Shown here: positions 49,101 through 59,989 of the stretch, piece by piece
How the letters are laid out: each line of letters starts with the position of its first letter
How positions within the stretch are numbered: position 1 is the first letter of the stretch
Assembly (NCBI GenBank): GCA_032718475.1
Contig: JAUCBJ010006844.1
Span: 1 to 64,000 of the forward strand
Length of the DNA: 64,000 nucleotides
Direction of reading: 5' to 3'
DNA from: Nemertoderma westbladi
Lineage: Eukaryota; Animalia; Xenacoelomorpha
Translations under genes and position numbers: made by a program
Notes under the pieces: model-generated
What the model saw: only the letters and a program-made list of their open reading frames with translations
Database searches by the model: none
What the model was told of the DNA's origin: nothing

Positions 49101-52100
49101 TAGCTAGACACTTAAATCCGTCCAATGGCAAAGCTTTCCGTTCTTGTCGAGTGTGTTGGTCTCTCGGAAGTAGGGAATCTAGTTCTACCGAAATTCTGTG
49201 TCCCTTGAGGTCTCCTACCCCGTGCATAGACTTCAACTCTATTTGGATCTCCTCGGCGTCCTGGAAGCTAGAAACGGCTCTCGCCACTTCCTCGTCGATA
49301 TACGATAATGTGGACGCAGTGTCCAACATCACATATATTCGCTTTGATCCCTTATCGCCAGTAAGTTTCACCGGAATCACGCTAAATATTTCCGACGTGG
49401 CCGATGATAAATACGTCCGTGCGCTGGTCGATGAACTATCCGCGGTGAAACCTTGGCAGGTCACTTCTCTCGCGCTCGACTCGCCATCCTCGTCCGACGA
49501 ACCTGGTTGGTAACCATCGTCCTGAATGCCGGTATACGTATTCCTCCTTATCGATACGGGTTCTTTGCTCCCCTTCCTTTGAGGATTTCGCTGTAAGTAA
49601 CGGTCCGTCGGGGTGTGGAAATCCGCATGTAGCAACTTGTGATGTAGTCTGCCGCATTCCATGCATCCGTCCTTGCTGTTCGGGCACTGCCGCCGTACAT
49701 GACCTGGCGCAAGACATGCCCAACAGGTGTCCAACGTCCGCACTTGAACTCTTCTCTGTTCCGAATTTAATTCTTTGAACCGTCTGCAACTATCTAACTT
49801 ATGGTCGTCAGATCTTACCTCCTTTAGTAAACAGTATTGGCAACCTACAAATCCATCCGGCAACTCCTGTTGCTTTAACCTAGGTCTATCTAACCGCTCA
49901 CCTGACCATACTCGCGAGTCTGATCTAAAGGCTGGGGTACTCGAATTATATCTGTCTACTGAGTTAAATGTCACAGTGGTCCTGTCATCGTCAAAACTTA
50001 CCATAGACTTACCGGTAACAGGTTTAGACTCCCTCATATTCTCTTCTGAGAAGTTTGATTTCATCTCTGCTACTGCGTCTGTGGCTATCATGTCATGAAT
50101 ATGCTGAAGTGTCAATACTTTACCTTGGCCCTCCAACTTATTCTCTAATTTACGCCATTTCTGTCGATAACGCATGTTTAAACGTCTTATTACGCTTTTC
50201 AAAACTTCGGCGTGATCACCATGATGAGGTAGATTCACCGTCCTCAAGATGTCCAATGCGTTCGAAATAGCGTTCGCTAAGTTCAACAGCTCTAACGGAG
50301 TTGTAATCCTTCCGCCCTTACCCAAGTCTTCTACTATCGACTGCGCCATCTTCGTTTTATTCCCGTAGATGTCACTAAGCGTCTTCATCGCTAACTCGAA
50401 TGCCCTTTCATTGCCGACGAAGTTATCAGCAATGGCTCTAGGTTCTCGATGGAGCATCTGAAGCAAATAGTTGAACTTCTCGTTGGGAGTAAAGGTGCTG
50501 TTGGTTAGCTGCTCGTCGACATAGGTTTTGAAGGTCCTCCAGTGCTTGTGGTTGCCCATAAACTTCTGGGGTTGTTGCGTCGGCAGTCCTTGCCTAGCAG
50601 CAAACTTACCTATGTCCCTAAGGGTTGCGTCGTTCCGGGTTAACAAATGGTTTAGTTCCGCAGGGTTGTTAAGTCTGGTCCTTTCCCGGTGGTTCCAACT
50701 TACCTGCTCCGCGTCGGTCCTTCTTTCCTTATAGTTTCGGGACTTCTGACGTCTCATGTCTTCCTCTTCATCACTCGATTCTGTGTCAGTCCTTAGCACT
50801 CGCGATGGTTTGCGCGCTGAGGCCCTGACCCAAGCGTCCTGAATAAATTTCTCGGCCGAATTTTCGAAATTGGGATTAGAGATGTTCGGGACAGGCGTCC
50901 TTACCTGAGGTCTATGTGGTATAGTCTCCTCCGATATGCGTACTCGTTGACTAGGCTGGACTTTATCTAACTCAGGCCTGCTAGGATTTGAATTACTTCT
51001 TACCTGGGCTGCTTCCTTTAACCGTAGGTTGCTAAGCATGTCCGTTATAGGTTGGATGTGCGGCGATATAGCTTGCGCTAAACTAGCACTTAACTCATCC
51101 CTCGTAATAAATTCCTGGCTAGGGTTCTGTTGTATAGTCGGCTCTATCTGAGTAATCCGCTGTCTCTCATATGATCCCTCTTCCGGTTTAACCCGGAAGT
51201 TCTCCGTCGAACTGGGTCGGCGCTCCGTCCGCGTATTCCAAACCCGCGGGTTCGGTTCGCCCAATACTCGGCCCGTCGGAGTTTCTTCTCTAAATTCTTC
51301 GTTGTCGCGTTCGGTGTATAGTGGTGCGGTGTTCTGATGCCGTGGATTCTGCGCGATAGGTGAAGCACTAATACCAACTGGCGTGCGATATGTAGAGAAT
51401 GGTTTAGCGATCCGTGTACTCGTAATAGCTGGACCGGGTATAGGAATTCTGGTCGTCGTCGACTCGCGTATGGTCGGAGTTCTCGCTTCCTGTTCGGCCT
51501 TCTGCAGTGCGAACAGTTCTCGCAACTCTGTCCCTACACTCGCCCCACATTCTTCGATCATTCGCATCCCCTTCTCGGCGATTTCGTTCGCCTTCCTAGT
51601 CCGTTCTTCGCTCTCTAAACTTAATCTCGCACTTTCCAACTGCGCCAGTTTACGCTCTTCTTCTTCCCTCGCTCGTCTCGCTGCGCTCTCTTCTTCCACT
51701 CGCGCCTTTTCTTCATACAATGCGCGTCTTCTTTTCTCGATCTCGAGTTCGCGTTCCTTGCGTCCGCGTTCGAGTTGAAGCTCGCGCTCCTTCTGTTCAC
51801 GATCGAGTTTCTTGCGCTCGCGTTCGGCTTGGAGTTCGCGTTTCTTCGCTTCCTGTTCGCGTTCGAGTTGGAGTTCGCGTTTCTTCGCTTCCCGTTCGCA
51901 TTCAAGTTGGAGTTCGCGTTTCTTCGCTTCCCGTTCGCGTTCTCTCTGTTCGCGTTCGAGTTCCTCGCGCTCGCGCTCGGCTTGGAGTTCACGTTCCCTT
52001 TGCTCGCGTTCCGCTCGCTCGCGCTTACTTATCTCTTCCAACTCTCGTAACTCTGCGTCCAACTTACGTGTGCGCTCCCGTTCCCGCTCGGCTTCCTTCC

Positions 52101-53172
52101 GTGCTTCCTGTGCACGCAAAACTTCCGCCTGCTGTTCGTCTAGTCGGCGTCTTCTCTCCTCCGCCGAGTTGTGAGAAACAAGGGATCTAGCACATATTAC
52201 CTTACCTCGCGCGTGACTAACCTGGGAATCGCCGCTGTCTCTAGATGCGTCGTCGGGTGGAGTCAACGTCCTCTGTTGAATGTTCTCCGTCGTCGGTAGC
52301 ACCTGGCCTGGTACCACCACTCCATTCTGCATCAGCCAGCTAGTAACTTCCCTCTGATAACGGCGCTCTTCCTTATCTTGGATCTCTTCTCGCTCCACTA
52401 ACTCTCTCAACTCTGCGTCACTCACTTGAGTCGCCTGCGCTTGTGATGCCCATAGCAGCCAGTTCTCCGTCCTAACTCGTCGGAATCGCTCCGATAACTC
52501 GCGGTGCTCCAACAAGGCTGCTAAAACCCTGTCGTAAATCCTCGTCGCCACGTCGCTCGACTGAGACTCTACTGCCTTCTTCGCTAGGACTGCAAGCTCC
52601 TCCGTCTGCTTGAATAACGCTGAGTTATATCCTCTTCTAATCTCTACTAACTCTACCCTCCCGATGTTCGCTGGGTCAGCTAACATCTTCCTTACCTTGT
52701 CCGCCGTCCGGGTTATATGTCCGGCATGCGCGCGAAGTTTCTTCTTTATCGCGATATCGAACTCTCTATCACTCACCTGACTTACGCTCGGTGGACTTGA
52801 AGGATTATTTCGGGAACTACGGGTACTCCTAACAGCCGTCGGGACCACGGCACTTACCATACCCACAGGTCTGGAAACCGGGCTCCGGGCTCTCGCTTCT
52901 GCTACACTACCCTCCCTATCACTCACCTCTGTCCGGGCTGCTGTACAGTCCTTCCTTACAGTAGCGGTAGGGGATCCTAATACTATTACTTGAGGTTGTT
53001 GTTCTTCCTCACTAGTCACTGTCTCGTCCTCCTGTTCACTTACGTCAGCGTCGCTCGCTGCGTCGTCATAGTCGGCATTGTCATCAACAGTAATGTTTAC
53101 GCTATCGTCAGTCGGCGGTCCAGCCGCCGTCTCGTAGCTGTCCTCTAGTGCCTCCTTGTCTGAGACACTCAT
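46183..53172 (-). CDS. Element C Gag-PR-RT-RNase H polyprotein, 2329 aa
   Basis: Coiled-coil gag; knuckles CQYC..H..C, CWACLAPGHVRRQC, CMECGRLHHKLLH; MLDTAS; FTCDIEAMF; FYMDDG; FSDAS, ELQAA, WTDA. Confidence 0.95.
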   Translation of the reverse strand: MSVSDKEALEDSYETAAGPPTDDSVNITVDDNADYDDAASDADVSEQEDETVTSEEEQQPQVIVLGSPTATVRKDCTAARTEVSDREGSVAEARARSPVSRPVGMVSAVVPTAVRSTRSSRNNPSSPPSVSQVSDREFDIAIKKKLRAHAGHITRTADKVRKMLADPANIGRVELVEIRRGYNSALFKQTEELAVLAKKAVESQSSDVATRIYDRVLAALLEHRELSERFRRVRTENWLLWASQAQATQVSDAELRELVEREEIQDKEERRYQREVTSWLMQNGVVVPGQVLPTTENIQQRTLTPPDDASRDSGDSQVSHARGKVICARSLVSHNSAEERRRRLDEQQAEVLRAQEARKEAERERERTRKLDAELRELEEISKRERAEREQRERELQAEREREELEREQREREREAKKRELQLECEREAKKRELQLEREQEAKKRELQAERERKKLDREQKERELQLERGRKERELEIEKRRRALYEEKARVEEESAARRAREEEERKLAQLESARLSLESEERTRKANEIAEKGMRMIEECGASVGTELRELFALQKAEQEARTPTIRESTTTRIPIPGPAITSTRIAKPFSTYRTPVGISASPIAQNPRHQNTAPLYTERDNEEFREETPTGRVLGEPNPRVWNTRTERRPSSTENFRVKPEEGSYERQRITQIEPTIQQNPSQEFITRDELSASLAQAISPHIQPITDMLSNLRLKEAAQVRSNSNPSRPELDKVQPSQRVRISEETIPHRPQVRTPVPNISNPNFENSAEKFIQDAWVRASARKPSRVLRTDTESSDEEEDMRRQKSRNYKERRTDAEQVSWNHRERTRLNNPAELNHLLTRNDATLRDIGKFAARQGLPTQQPQKFMGNHKHWRTFKTYVDEQLTNSTFTPNEKFNYLLQMLHREPRAIADNFVGNERAFELAMKTLSDIYGNKTKMAQSIVEDLGKGGRITTPLELLNLANAISNALDILRTVNLPHHGDHAEVLKSVIRRLNMRYRQKWRKLENKLEGQGKVLTLQHIHDMIATDAVAEMKSNFSEENMRESKPVTGKSMVSFDDDRTTVTFNSVDRYNSSTPAFRSDSRVWSGERLDRPRLKQQELPDGFVGCQYCLLKEVRSDDHKLDSCRRFKELNSEQRRVQVRTLDTCWACLAPGHVRRQCPNSKDGCMECGRLHHKLLHADFHTPTDRYLQRNPQRKGSKEPVSIRRNTYTGIQDDGYQPGSSDEDGESSAREVTCQGFTADSSSTSARTYLSSATSEIFSVIPVKLTGDKGSKRIYVMLDTASTLSYIDEEVARAVSSFQDAEEIQIELKSMHGVGDLKGHRISVELDSLLPRDQHTRQERKALPLDGFKCLAMKGFGRQLGKVPPMSPIAQEYFDKLRVPRHQVGYRNVSMLIGAEQLIAHQIWETRPAEPHVNGPHAHRTILGWYTRVPMSYEFTGGDKPMNRYDELQPITQPPLVEPPDIDEFRRTCIDHYSDFSESDEELIPDNVRLSEPLHNDRTDSEPEDYCYQTRGSGSAAHATYLTNVLTYTDIVEGQVAKYRDLDIFQYSEEELQKELIRQDLETGARTVEWLDRDAMEPGGYDLAMSTDEKRSLEMMEDTIRLLPTGHFEVGMLWRRQPPKLENNYNLALKRLNGVRARLLKNPDIREKYCAQINNYFAKGFAGKVEDPDLVTDQTYYLPHHYVTHPDKPDKVRVVNDCAAVYRGMSLNSELMDGPNLNNYLIGILLRFRQRRFAFTCDIEAMFHQVRACKADQDSLRFLWFENEDLSGPVVIYQMYVRIFGARDSPNGTLFVLKKTATAQIGKYPVEVIESILRNFYMDDGLVSKDTAEQAIEVAHGLQECLATGGFPLTKFTTNSEALLESFPVKDRGSGDIELGVEPIPMARVLGLAWNPNSDKFQVRVRFEPSSPDKVLTKRICLSTLSRLFDPMNFISPVILQARACMRKIWLSDLEWDEPISPIHAKQWREWEAELHLLKNIDVPRSYFPNQLVFPTDLELHLFSDASDTGFGMVAYLRREVSQDKFETAFVTSRSKTMPVKYMTVPRAELQAAVVSVEVSKQITEELDTTLTLFYWTDASLVLVYIAADNIALKTFVANRRAQIVDFSTKEQWRHCPGVLNPADITSRVAMPAEFCQEESQEFWLHGPNFLTRTQEHWPERLKIVTNPMPEDAEVKVEKVSKSKSKAKLKSLERPEESLERPEELLERPGDLSDQQTYVTTRSGRVSYDIKPPLQTGRQSQLVSDGQKMTDTMEPLVSKPAGLDSKLPLVSGQPSLALESCSVYDKLLNSSASWLTICKRTAWLSRYVSYLCLKHSKHLREPSSANSE

Positions 53173-54447
53173 AGTCTAAATAATGTTTGCCTTCCGGCAA
53201 AATATCTCGCAAAAGTTCGAGATATAATTATAATTTAACCGAAATACGGTCAAATTATTTGTCAAATAATCAGTTGGTCCAAATGTCAAAAATAAATTCG
53301 CAATGCAATATTGTGAATTTAATGGGGTATATAGTTATAGCAAATACTAACACAATATTTAAACAAAATATTATTATATAGCTACTATATAATATTAAAT
53401 ACCGGTATAGCACAAAATAACTTTTGAATCTAATACAAAATATTCAAAATAAACTTGCCACCCGAATATTTCTAATTTTATATATAGCTCTAATCAACGT
53501 AATTTTAATTTCAAATATTATATGTATCCACTAGCGCGTGGCTACATCTTCGGGTTGCGACTCTCTCTAACTCTCTCTCTAACTTGAGCGATTCAAAAAA
53601 CCATGGCCGGCTAAACCTAAATATCCTAACTAATAAATTGAGTTCAGCTTCGCAGTTAAACAACCGGTAATTTTTTACTGCTTCCACAAACACAGTGGTG
53701 CCAACAGAACAACTAACCTTGTTTGCTGTGAGATTCCACGTCCGCGTCCAAAGATTCAGGCCCTTCGCTGATTGCAAACCGAACCCGCAGACCCACACGA
53801 ACCCCAAACTCAGAAGTTCCGTCTTGCCATGTATCTCCAGATGGTATAAAATAACTAAGCGGTTACCTAACATACCGGTACAAAACTCTAGAATTTTACA
53901 AAATAATTTTGACCGAAAACTGAATTCTCGCAAACCTAGCTAAAATTTTCAAAAAACTTACTAATTACTGTTTGCCCTAAGGCCTAAGGAACTGCTGTAT
54001 TCGCAATTAGCAAAACGCACTACCGTACATCCACTGTATGCAGTACAGTAAGTAAAACAGTACACCAACCTAACAGCCTAATGATACTGTGTGTGGTACG
54101 GCAAACAAATGTCCCTTCTACCGTACGCAGTAACAACAATCAGCCTAATGTACTACTGTACTATTGTACGCAGCCAGTGAATACAGTAATCTAAACTAAC
54201 AGCCTAAAAGAATATACTCAATGTTCTACCGTACGCTAGCCTATAGCCTACAGCAGACGATCACGTGCTCTAACTTATTACTTAATACTGTGATACTACT
54301 ATCAGCCTAAGAATACTATATTGACCGCTGCAAGCAACAGCCAATAACGCGTATTACTGATACGAAGTATCAGTAATCTAAACTAACAGCCTAAGAATAC
54401 TCTATTTACTGTACGCTACAGCCTACAGCAAACAGTGCGCGTATTAC

Positions 54448-56626
54448 TGATAAACAACCGCGACCTCTATACTAACAGCAGAACTGTTGAACAGACCAAT
54501 ACCCGTTAATATCCTTCTGCCAACCTAATAAGTTCTTGTCTAACCAATAAGACACAAAGACTGCTCTACTGTTAAGTAAAGGGGCTCAGGAGCGTGATAT
54601 TACTAAATTGTAAGGGTTGCTAAATACAAAACCGCTACTTACCGTTAGATGGCGCTAATCTGCCGTCCACTAATATATTTTACTAATTTTACACAACTCC
54701 TGCAAAATCGCTTGTTCCTTTCTCTACCGATTGCTCAATAGAGAGCTAACTGTTCGAATCTATGAGCCACGCGGGAATAACCAAAACAATAAACCCGAGT
54801 CGGCTCCCTAAGCTTACTTAAGACGAGTGCGAGAGGCCTTGCACTCAGAGTATTCTTACGCCTAATTTTATCACTATTAAAGCACGCTATTACCTACGTC
54901 TTTCTAATCGCGAATACTGGAGGTTCCCTAACGTAATGTGTGAATGCGAGAATATTTAAAATATCAAAATGGTACAGTATCTGTTTCTACGTGGATAATA
55001 CCACTCCGAGTCTAAAACTGCCCGCGACTGGCTTTAGGCCAGCAAAATTACTAGCGTATCGTGCGTACCGAATAGTGCGTTCTAGCTGATTGCCCGCTAA
55101 TGCAAATAACCGCTCAGCGTGAATAGTTTACAGTACACTAATTATTACCTTAGCTACTCTCCGCTATGCTGCGTACTAATTCTTAATTTTTTACTAATTA
55201 ATTACAGTCACAAATATTTAACAGCGTACTAATTACTAAGAGTTCCAGAATACGTAATTCTAATTTATCACGCAACAGGTTTCGCTAGTAATAGCCTAAA
55301 TTGCCGTATTACTTTGACCTAATCAATAACTAATTATTGTAACTAAGAAATAGAAATCAATCAAAGGAAAAAGAGCGCCTATCTAAGCATTCGTAATCTT
55401 AGGCACACTTCAATAACACACCAATCAGCGTTAGAAATCACAGTTTACAATTGTGCAATTCACTACTCGTACTCCACACTCAACGTTTTAATACGCGCAG
55501 GCCTCTCCCGGGTACATCTAGGATTCCTAACTAACCCAATTCCTGCCCCCCTAATACTAAATAGAGACAAAACCTGGATCATCAGCCCCCTAGATACTGT
55601 ACCGGCGATCGGTCTGCGTGCCGCAGTGCAAGATACCCGCCCGCAACGGTGACCCTGGCCAGCGTTGCCCGCTTTGAATCCTCCGCTCTCTCCTAGTCGC
55701 TCAACCCCCCGATGCGCCCACCGCCCACTGGCACCTTAGCCCTCCATGATGCTAATAGCTACCGTAGCGGCGCATGCAAATCACAAAGTCTGACAGTCTC
55801 AGGAATCCCTTGGGATTATTGCGCAGAAAAGAATCACATAGAACCATCAATCAAAGGTAGAAATCATAGTTCGATTGTAATTTGCAGTAATCGAAGGAAT
55901 TATTGAGAAACACAAGCAAAGTAATCGCACTAGCAAATCATTCCAAGAAATTAATCAAAATTAGCAAATTGCAGAAAATACGATATCCTAATACAAAATT
56001 AGAGACAGCTCAGCAAGTAAATTGTAACAGGGGTGTGTCATGTGATAAGGCATGAACATATGAACAAATATATGAACAACAATATGAACAACAAAAGGTC
56101 CTACCGGCACACCGCCAATTTATAGGTGATCCGGATGGGGTGATGCAATAAGGTGACTCAATCGCTCTCCCATTGGCTCTCCAGTCCATGCTAGCATTAA
56201 ACCAACCTGGAAGCAGTTAATCCAATAAGGAGACCGGATTGTAGCCCTATGCCCTCAAATTATTACCATATATGGTAATGGATCACGTCTCTGGCTGCTG
56301 AATGGCCAGGACAGCGTCCCTATATGCTAGCCCTATCAAACTAATATCAGCAAGCACAAAATCCAGGGTCCGAGTAAACTCGCTACCCTGGAACTATCTA
56401 CATATATCCTAATACAAAATTACGTAGGTAGGGCTACATACTATACAAAATGAATGGATGCAAAATATATGGGCGTTTTAACTTCCTTACCTAAATGTCA
56501 CCACACTGCGCCTTATCTAAATAATTATACTGCACAACAGACTAATATTACGTACAGTATAACGGACTAATACTGCATACTGCATAATGGACTAATACTG
56601 TGGATACAGCGCCATATACCGTAACA
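54448..56626 (-). repeat. 5' LTR of element C
   Basis: 2179-bp near-identical copy of 37601-39779; TATAAAT on minus at ~56118-56124 is a candidate TATA box. Confidence 0.97.
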
Positions 56627-57350
56627 AAAGGAGATTTCGGTATACCAACAAACTATCGTGGGATCTGTCTGCTTGTGGTAATTGCAAAAATATACAACAA
56701 CAATGATTCTATATAGGATTAGGCCTCACATAGCAGCAGAAACTACTGCGTAAGAGCCAAAACCGATTTCGACCAAGTAGATCAACAATAGCTCAGATAC
56801 TTGCACTACGGAGAATGAATGAGGGACTTAAATCAAACGATCTCCCCAGTCCTGAAATTTGTGGACTTTAAGAAATCATTGGACTCCATCCATAGAGGTA
56901 AAATGATGGGAATCCTATGACCTTATGGAATACCATAAATAATTGTCGCTGGCATATGATTGTTATATTGTGACACAGAATCTCAGGTACTCTCACTAGA
57001 TGTTGAAACAGGGTTCTTCTCAATCCTGGCGGGTGTACTGCAATGTAACATATTGGTGCCATTACTATTTGTAATTGTACTGGATTATGCAATGAGGATG
57101 GAAATAAATGGTGAAGATCTGGGATTCACACAACAAGAATGTAGAAGTAGCAGATATCCGGCAACTACAGTCAACCGACTTCGCAGATGACATCATACCA
57201 CTCTATAATAATGCAGGATTGCATATGAATGCTACTACGATCAAATTAATAACTTTTAATGTTGATGGAAACTTGACAAAAATCGATAATAATCAACTAA
57301 GGAAGGTCAACGATTTCCAGTACCTTGAGTGATGGATAGAGAGTAGCAAA
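56627..57350 (+). pseudogene. Decayed RTE-like RT fragment, split by element C (left stub 37584-37600)
   Basis: Joining across the TSD reads PVSKKGDFGIPTNYRGICLL; later GVLQ..LVPLLF, DFADD, FQYL. Confidence 0.85.
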
Positions 57351-57689
57351 AATGATATAGAAATGTTGCTGCAGATGTGTTTTCTGCAGTCTCGATTTAC
57401 TTATTTTGAGTATTCTAGATTTAAAGTCCATGATTTGTTTAGTTAATTAATTTACGGACAGATTTATTTTGTGTTACTGGTTAGTAGTTAATTTCTATTA
57501 AAGGCTACACCCAGGCCTGATTTAGTTGATTGAGACACCACCTAGTGTTGTTATGCGCATATTTGTTGTATAGTATTAGGTGCTTCTTTAAACCGCACAG
57601 TGGTGCCTGAATGCCATTAGTTGTTTCTCTAGCCTTCCATATATATAGCGGCAGTTAGTGAACATGCTTTATCATATTTTAACGTAGAA

Positions 57690-57900
57690 ATGAGATCCTT
57701 CCAGGCTTCCCGATTCTCCATAGTTGTCTCAATTTCGTTTCTATCAAATTGTTATGGCCGGTTGTCCACGGCTACGCTTTCCATGAGTTGGTTGCCAGAA
57801 AAGTAGATCTGGTTTGACCTCGTCTTTACTTCGCCAGCAGTGCCCACTGAATCATAATCTGCATTCATGGAGGGTGGTTGGTACAAGTGGTATTGTACCA
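57690..57900 (-). pseudogene. RTE-like LINE 3' fragment
   Basis: FSGHCWRSK..LLFWQPTHGKRSRGQP resembles the C-terminus at 28190-28290. Confidence 0.6.
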
Positions 57901-59589
57901 TAAAACTTATAAAAACTGAAACTTATAAAACTATATATATATATAAAACTTATAAAATCTATTAATGTTCTTACCAGAACATTAAACAAAGTATATTTAT
58001 GGCCTACTGTGCAATCGAGAAACTGAAATCTATTAATGTGCGCGCTTTTAGACTTTTAGCAGTTTAACCTGCCAATTTTAGTTGTCCTCTTGTTTATAAA
58101 TCGACTTTAGCCTATATCAATTACTTAGTGTACTGAAGTTACATCAGCCGAAGCCAGTCTGTGCGCGACCTTTCACCCACGGTTTTGGGAGACTGGATTC
58201 GGATTCCTTGAGAGTTATTGCAGTCTAGACCTACTGTATTATTTGATTGATATTTACGATATAATCTCTGACAATATATTTACTTTCGGGGAAATATTAA
58301 CAGTTCCTTTAGGACGTGGCGCTTTAAGTATAAAAACAGAGTTATGACTTATACTAATCACAACTAGATGGCCACAGAGTTTCGTAAATAGCGCATTCTT
58401 TAGGAGATGATTTATTAACCTTCACACTACTTCACACTGCTTCACACTACTTCACACTACTTCGCACTGATCTGCCGACCGTCACTGAATTTGATCATAT
58501 ATAAGGAGGATCACAACTGACACATGTAGGGATTATGAAATAGCATTTAATTCACACAAAACCAATATTATGTAAGTTGCAGTTGCTACCGGTAAACCTG
58601 TTCCTCTTACCTCAGTAATCAATAAGATTGGGGTGTTTATGATTATTTATCGGTATTCTCCAAATATAACAGCAATATCCATTAATATAACAACAATTAA
58701 TAACAGAAGTAAAATAATACGGTGAACAGTCAGTATGTGTTACTTATGCAGGTAAAAACCATAATGTTCAGTAGAATGACAAGTAAGTAATAATCCAGGT
58801 AGGTGAGTTAAGTTAATAGATTTATGTTCTTATAATCAAGGCCATCTGATGTTTCCTAGGCCAAAGTCTGAAACTTCTACACCGAAGCACAGAAGATTCC
58901 GAGCCGGTTCTGATGCTCAGAAAAAAGTAAACAAAGACCGTAATGCATTGCGTGAGTTTCCATAGGCCTCTGTTAGACATAAAGGGAAAATCGCTCTGAT
59001 TGGCTGAATAGGCAGAACAAAGAGGTTCCACGTCCACAAGAAATCAGCTGACAGATTTCGTCATCTGGGCTCTAATTCCTTCCCGTCACGCAGTTGGATA
59101 AATTTAGGGCTATTTTAGAGTATTCTGCGCATTGCGGAAAAATGACTTGTTATGTCCGCAAAAGCTTTTACACCTATCCTAGCTTTGAATTTCATGGCTG
59201 AGCCCACCCCTTGTTTGTTGTATTTAAAGCATGATACTAAATACACAAGATTGTTGCGTCAAATGTCATGTTACATCTAATTAATTGTACACTGTTTATT
59301 TTATCCCTAGTATTTTATAGGTATATAGGTTTATTTATAGGTAACATCGCCTTACATAGTACACATGTAGATCTTTTGCAGTTTGTTGCTTCCCCTATTG
59401 TTTACAGTTTATTGTAATGATTCTCTTTATATTTTGAAGGCGCTAGTATGATGTGTAAAGTTGGTTTAAACGCTGTGCTGACAGTGTCAGCATAACATTG
59501 TGCTGACAGTGTGCAGCTAATGTGCTGTCAATTTGCCGACAGTGTTGGCAATACGTTGTGCCGACAGTGTTGGCATTATGTTATACTGA

Positions 59590-59980
59590 GTGTCGGCGTT
59601 GCATTACCCCCCCTCTCAAAATGACCGAACAAATGTTTCCAAGATGCTGAGCGAATTCGGCATAAAGTCCAACTCTATCGATGTTTTCCATCGTTTTGGT
59701 CCTGTTAAGGGCCTTGGCACTCACCCTATTATCGTGAAATTCTTGGGTCACGCTCATCACATCACTATACTGCCTTTGCGAACAAAGCGAAGCTTCCAGA
59801 CCATGTGTACGTAACCGAACATTTAACTCACCTTTCTTTGTGCGGAACTAATCATGCTGCAACTGAAATAAAAAAAAATTCAACTTGGGTTCAGCCTACT
59901 CCTTCAATGGGAATGTTTGTATTTGTATTACGAAAGGAGGGAATCCAGAATCGATTACCAACCACTCTGATTTGGTAGCC
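59590..59980 (+). pseudogene. Remnant of a non-LTR ORF1 (RRM-like)
   Basis: IDVFHRFG..PIIVKF and downstream YVTEHLT resemble LINE ORF1p motifs; frameshifted. Confidence 0.45.
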
Positions 59981-59989
59981 ATATAACAG

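Larger units (their letters stand above)
37601..56626 (-). mobile_element. Full-length 19,026-bp BEL/Pao element C with exonuclease/Zn-knuckle ORF3
   Basis: Two 2179-bp LTRs (TGTTACGG...TTTATCA on minus); 5-bp TSD AAAGG at 37596-37600 and 56627-56631; gag-PR-RT-RH-IN followed by ORF3. Confidence 0.97.

Noticed and set aside
51383-52190. Antisense and alternate-frame ORFs over gag
   Set aside because: Shadows of the repetitive Glu/Arg coiled-coil coding sequence.
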